From UHGV virus genome UHGV-1377823: 44,002 bases of DNA. One strand, given 5' to 3'. The notes beneath the pieces are model-generated. The model made no database searches. It was not told the origin of the DNA and was given only the letters and a program-made list of their open reading frames with translations. How positions within the stretch are numbered: position 1 is the stretch's first letter; every line of letters begins with the position of its first letter. This stretch comes from a virus. This document shows positions 41,812 to 44,002 of the stretch, one piece after another. Both the position numbers and the translations under genes were made by a program.

Positions 41812-44002
41812 TGCATATAGATTTAGAGGTTCAAAATTATGAGTACTACGGCTCAAAAGCAAGCCCGTACTGCCCGGATAACTACGTTGTGGAGTCAGCG
41901 TGGCGGGTTGATACAACGCAAGCAGACGGAACAGTCACTGTTGGAACAACTCAGTCGGTGCGGTACAACTCAAGAGCGGAATTCCTTCGCGGAAACTCTA
42001 GAGTGGGCGGTGGTACATGGTTCAATATCCCAGAAGACTGCTGGCTTATTGTCGCACACAATGCTGCGTATGAAATCAGCTGGTTCCTCAAGTACCAGCG
42101 CCAGCAGTTCGAAGCATTCCTTAAGCGCGGCGGTCGAGTGTTCTGTACAATGCATGGACACTACATCGCCTCAGACTTCCAGGACCTGTATCCATCGCTG
42201 GATGAGACGGCTCCTAAGTATGGTGGTACGCACAAAGTAGACGGGGTGAAGCTGCTGTGGGAGCAGGGGGTGCTAACTTCAGACATCGACCCGATGCTGC
42301 TGCATGACTACCTGGTGAACGGGGATATCCCGAACACGGCCCTGTGCTTCTACGGGGAGTGCGCTGTCTTCGCAGAGCGCGGGCAGATGCAAATGGTCTG
42401 GGAGCGTATGGACGCTATGCTGGCCTGGGCGTACTGTGAATTTTATGGCTTGTTTGTTAACATGCCTGTAGCGCAGCGGAACCAAGCTGAGCAGGAGCAG
42501 CGCATTCAGGAGCTGCGTCAGCAGTTGCAGCAGTACCTGCCGAAGGACCTGCCGAAGGAGTTCGAGTTCAACTACGGCAGCAACTATCATATGTCTGCGC
42601 TGGTCTATGGCGGACCTATCCGTTATGACATGAAGGTTCCGTATGACCCACCTAAGTTCGTGAAGGTGGAAGTACAGGACGGCGTGTACAAGGCAGGGAA
42701 GAACAAGGGCCTGCCTAAGTTCATCAAGGTTGATTCGGATGTACCGCTGCTGAAGTGGGGCAAGGGCATCTACAACTTCCCCGGCATCGTGAGTATCCAG
42801 GAGCTACCTCAGCACTTACAAGAGAAGTACGGTGAGCGCGGGGAGTTCAGAGGTGCTCAAACACTTCCGGATGGTTCCCCGGTGTATAGCACCAGCGGCG
42901 ACGCAATGAACGGCCTGGCTGCGCAGGGCTTCGAGTTCGCTAAGTTAGTGAACGAGCTGGCTGCGTTGGAGAAAGATACGGGAACCTATTATCTTAGAAC
43001 GGAGTACAACAAAGATGGCTCAGTTAAGAAAGTGTCCGGGATGCTCCAGTACGTTATCCCTGAGTCCGCAGATGGAAGCGGCATTATCCATCATAGACTC
43101 AACACTTGCAGCACAGTCACAGGACGCCTGTCGGCTTCAAACCCTAATCTACAGAACCTGCCCAGGGACGGAACTAGCCGAGTTAAACAGATGTTTACAT
43201 CTCGTTTTGGAGAGCAAGGCCGCATTACGGAAATCGACTACTCAGCTCTGGAAGTCGTTATGTCCTGTGTGCACACCGGGGACTTGAAGCTGCTGGAGCT
43301 ACTCCAGAAAGACACGGACATGCACTGCTATCGCCTAGCGTTCAAGGAGGGTAAGAGCTACGAGGAGATGTACCAGCTCTGCCACGACGCAAGCGGCCCG
43401 GATTACAAGTACTGGAAGCAGCAGCGTACAGACATCAAGCCTCCGAGCTTCGCAGCGCAGTACGGCGCTACGGCTAAGGGGATTGCGTTTGCTACAGGCT
43501 GTACCGTGGAGTACGCTCAGAGCTTCCTGGATAATGAGGCTAAGCTGTTCCCTACAACCATCGGCTTCCGTGACGTAGTACGCGCCGAGGTTGAGCGTAC
43601 TGGGATGCTGGAACCTGTGCTGCGTGAGCAGTGCGAGGACGGGCAGTGGCGTTTATATCGCCGAGGGTACTGGACCAGCCCAGCGGGTACACGCTACAGC
43701 TTCCGTCAGAAGCTGCAATGGCAAGTACCAGAGGGAGGCGGTCGTAAGGTTCAGGTCATGGACTACAAGGGGACCGAGATTGCGAACTACTGGAACCAAG
43801 GGGAGGCGTTCTTCCTTATGGCTGTGGCAGCGGGGCAGGTTCTGCGCAGACTCATCCAGAAGGACTGGTACGGCGGTAAGGTTGTGCTGGTAACGAACGT
43901 ACACGACGCGCTGTATCTGGATAGCGCGGACGAGGAGACGGCGGTACTAGCAGGTAACTTAGTGAAGGATGCTATGGAAGAAGCCCCGCGCCGTATAGCA
44001 GC
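41811..44002 (+). CDS. DNA polymerase (family A, T7 gp5-like), 3'-truncated at window end
   Basis: Open frame from ATG 41811 to the window end with no stop, which is why it is absent from the ORF track. Carries exo motifs MHIDLEV and LIVAHNAAYE (T7: DIEAN, LIVFHNGHKYD), polymerase motif KQQRTDIKPPSFAAQYG, and motif C VHDALY. Confidence 0.9.
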   Translation, partial: MHIDLEVQNYEYYGSKASPYCPDNYVVESAWRVDTTQADGTVTVGTTQSVRYNSRAEFLRGNSRVGGGTWFNIPEDCWLIVAHNAAYEISWFLKYQRQQFEAFLKRGGRVFCTMHGHYIASDFQDLYPSLDETAPKYGGTHKVDGVKLLWEQGVLTSDIDPMLLHDYLVNGDIPNTALCFYGECAVFAERGQMQMVWERMDAMLAWAYCEFYGLFVNMPVAQRNQAEQEQRIQELRQQLQQYLPKDLPKEFEFNYGSNYHMSALVYGGPIRYDMKVPYDPPKFVKVEVQDGVYKAGKNKGLPKFIKVDSDVPLLKWGKGIYNFPGIVSIQELPQHLQEKYGERGEFRGAQTLPDGSPVYSTSGDAMNGLAAQGFEFAKLVNELAALEKDTGTYYLRTEYNKDGSVKKVSGMLQYVIPESADGSGIIHHRLNTCSTVTGRLSASNPNLQNLPRDGTSRVKQMFTSRFGEQGRITEIDYSALEVVMSCVHTGDLKLLELLQKDTDMHCYRLAFKEGKSYEEMYQLCHDASGPDYKYWKQQRTDIKPPSFAAQYGATAKGIAFATGCTVEYAQSFLDNEAKLFPTTIGFRDVVRAEVERTGMLEPVLREQCEDGQWRLYRRGYWTSPAGTRYSFRQKLQWQVPEGGGRKVQVMDYKGTEIANYWNQGEAFFLMAVAAGQVLRRLIQKDWYGGKVVLVTNVHDALYLDSADEETAVLAGNLVKDAMEEAPRRIA

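Noticed and set aside
41839-42240. + strand ORF 41839-42240 (133 aa), and other alternate-frame + ORFs inside large genes (797-1075, 1127-1465, 2298-2687, 7791-8243, 20613-20837, 43015-43287, 43591-43893)
   Set aside because: They overlap conserved coding frames (DNA polymerase, phosphoesterase, RNAP and others) out of frame and have low-complexity Ser/Arg-rich translations. The real polymerase frame is open from 41811 to the window end, which is why the ORF track missed it.

Overview
The window reads as an essentially complete, circularly permuted genome of a T7-like podovirus (Autographiviridae) with phiKMV-type gene order: the single-subunit RNA polymerase sits at the end of the DNA-metabolism module, immediately upstream of the structural genes. 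All convincing genes are on the + strand. Reading in window order:

- 1-6600: the end of the DNA-replication/nucleotide module, with a DNA polymerase C-terminus wrapped from the window end, a metallophosphoesterase, a possible SSB, a T7 gp6-like exonuclease, an HNH endonuclease and endonuclease VII.
- 6638-9082: T7-like RNA polymerase.
- 9083-9600: AT-rich island carrying a GNAT-like moron.
- 10165-25926: portal, scaffold, capsid, tail tubular A/B, internal virion proteins A/B/C and a T7 gp17-like tail fibre.
- 25939-28090: terminase small and large subunits.
- 28279-29450: lysis cassette (u-spanin-like lipoprotein, pinholin, SAR endolysin).
- 29461-31170: right-end beta-helix tailspike (capsule depolymerase type).
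- 31190-33850: about 2.1 kb of mostly non-coding, repeat-rich DNA. It holds an HNH gene inserted into a GATAGC short-repeat array, a CCTCAC / palindrome / G-tract element, an insulated two-gene cassette, a terminator and strong sigma70 early promoters. I take this as the genome-end/early-promoter region.
- 33852-37980: about 20 small early genes (membrane peptides, acidic proteins, an Ea22-like protein).
- 37982-44002: primase, helicase, two more HNH genes, a small HExxH protein, and the DNA polymerase running off the window end.

The gene content and right-end depolymerase arrangement resemble the KP34-like Klebsiella phages, but I cannot confirm that without database searches. No tRNA, rRNA, CRISPR array or integrase was found.
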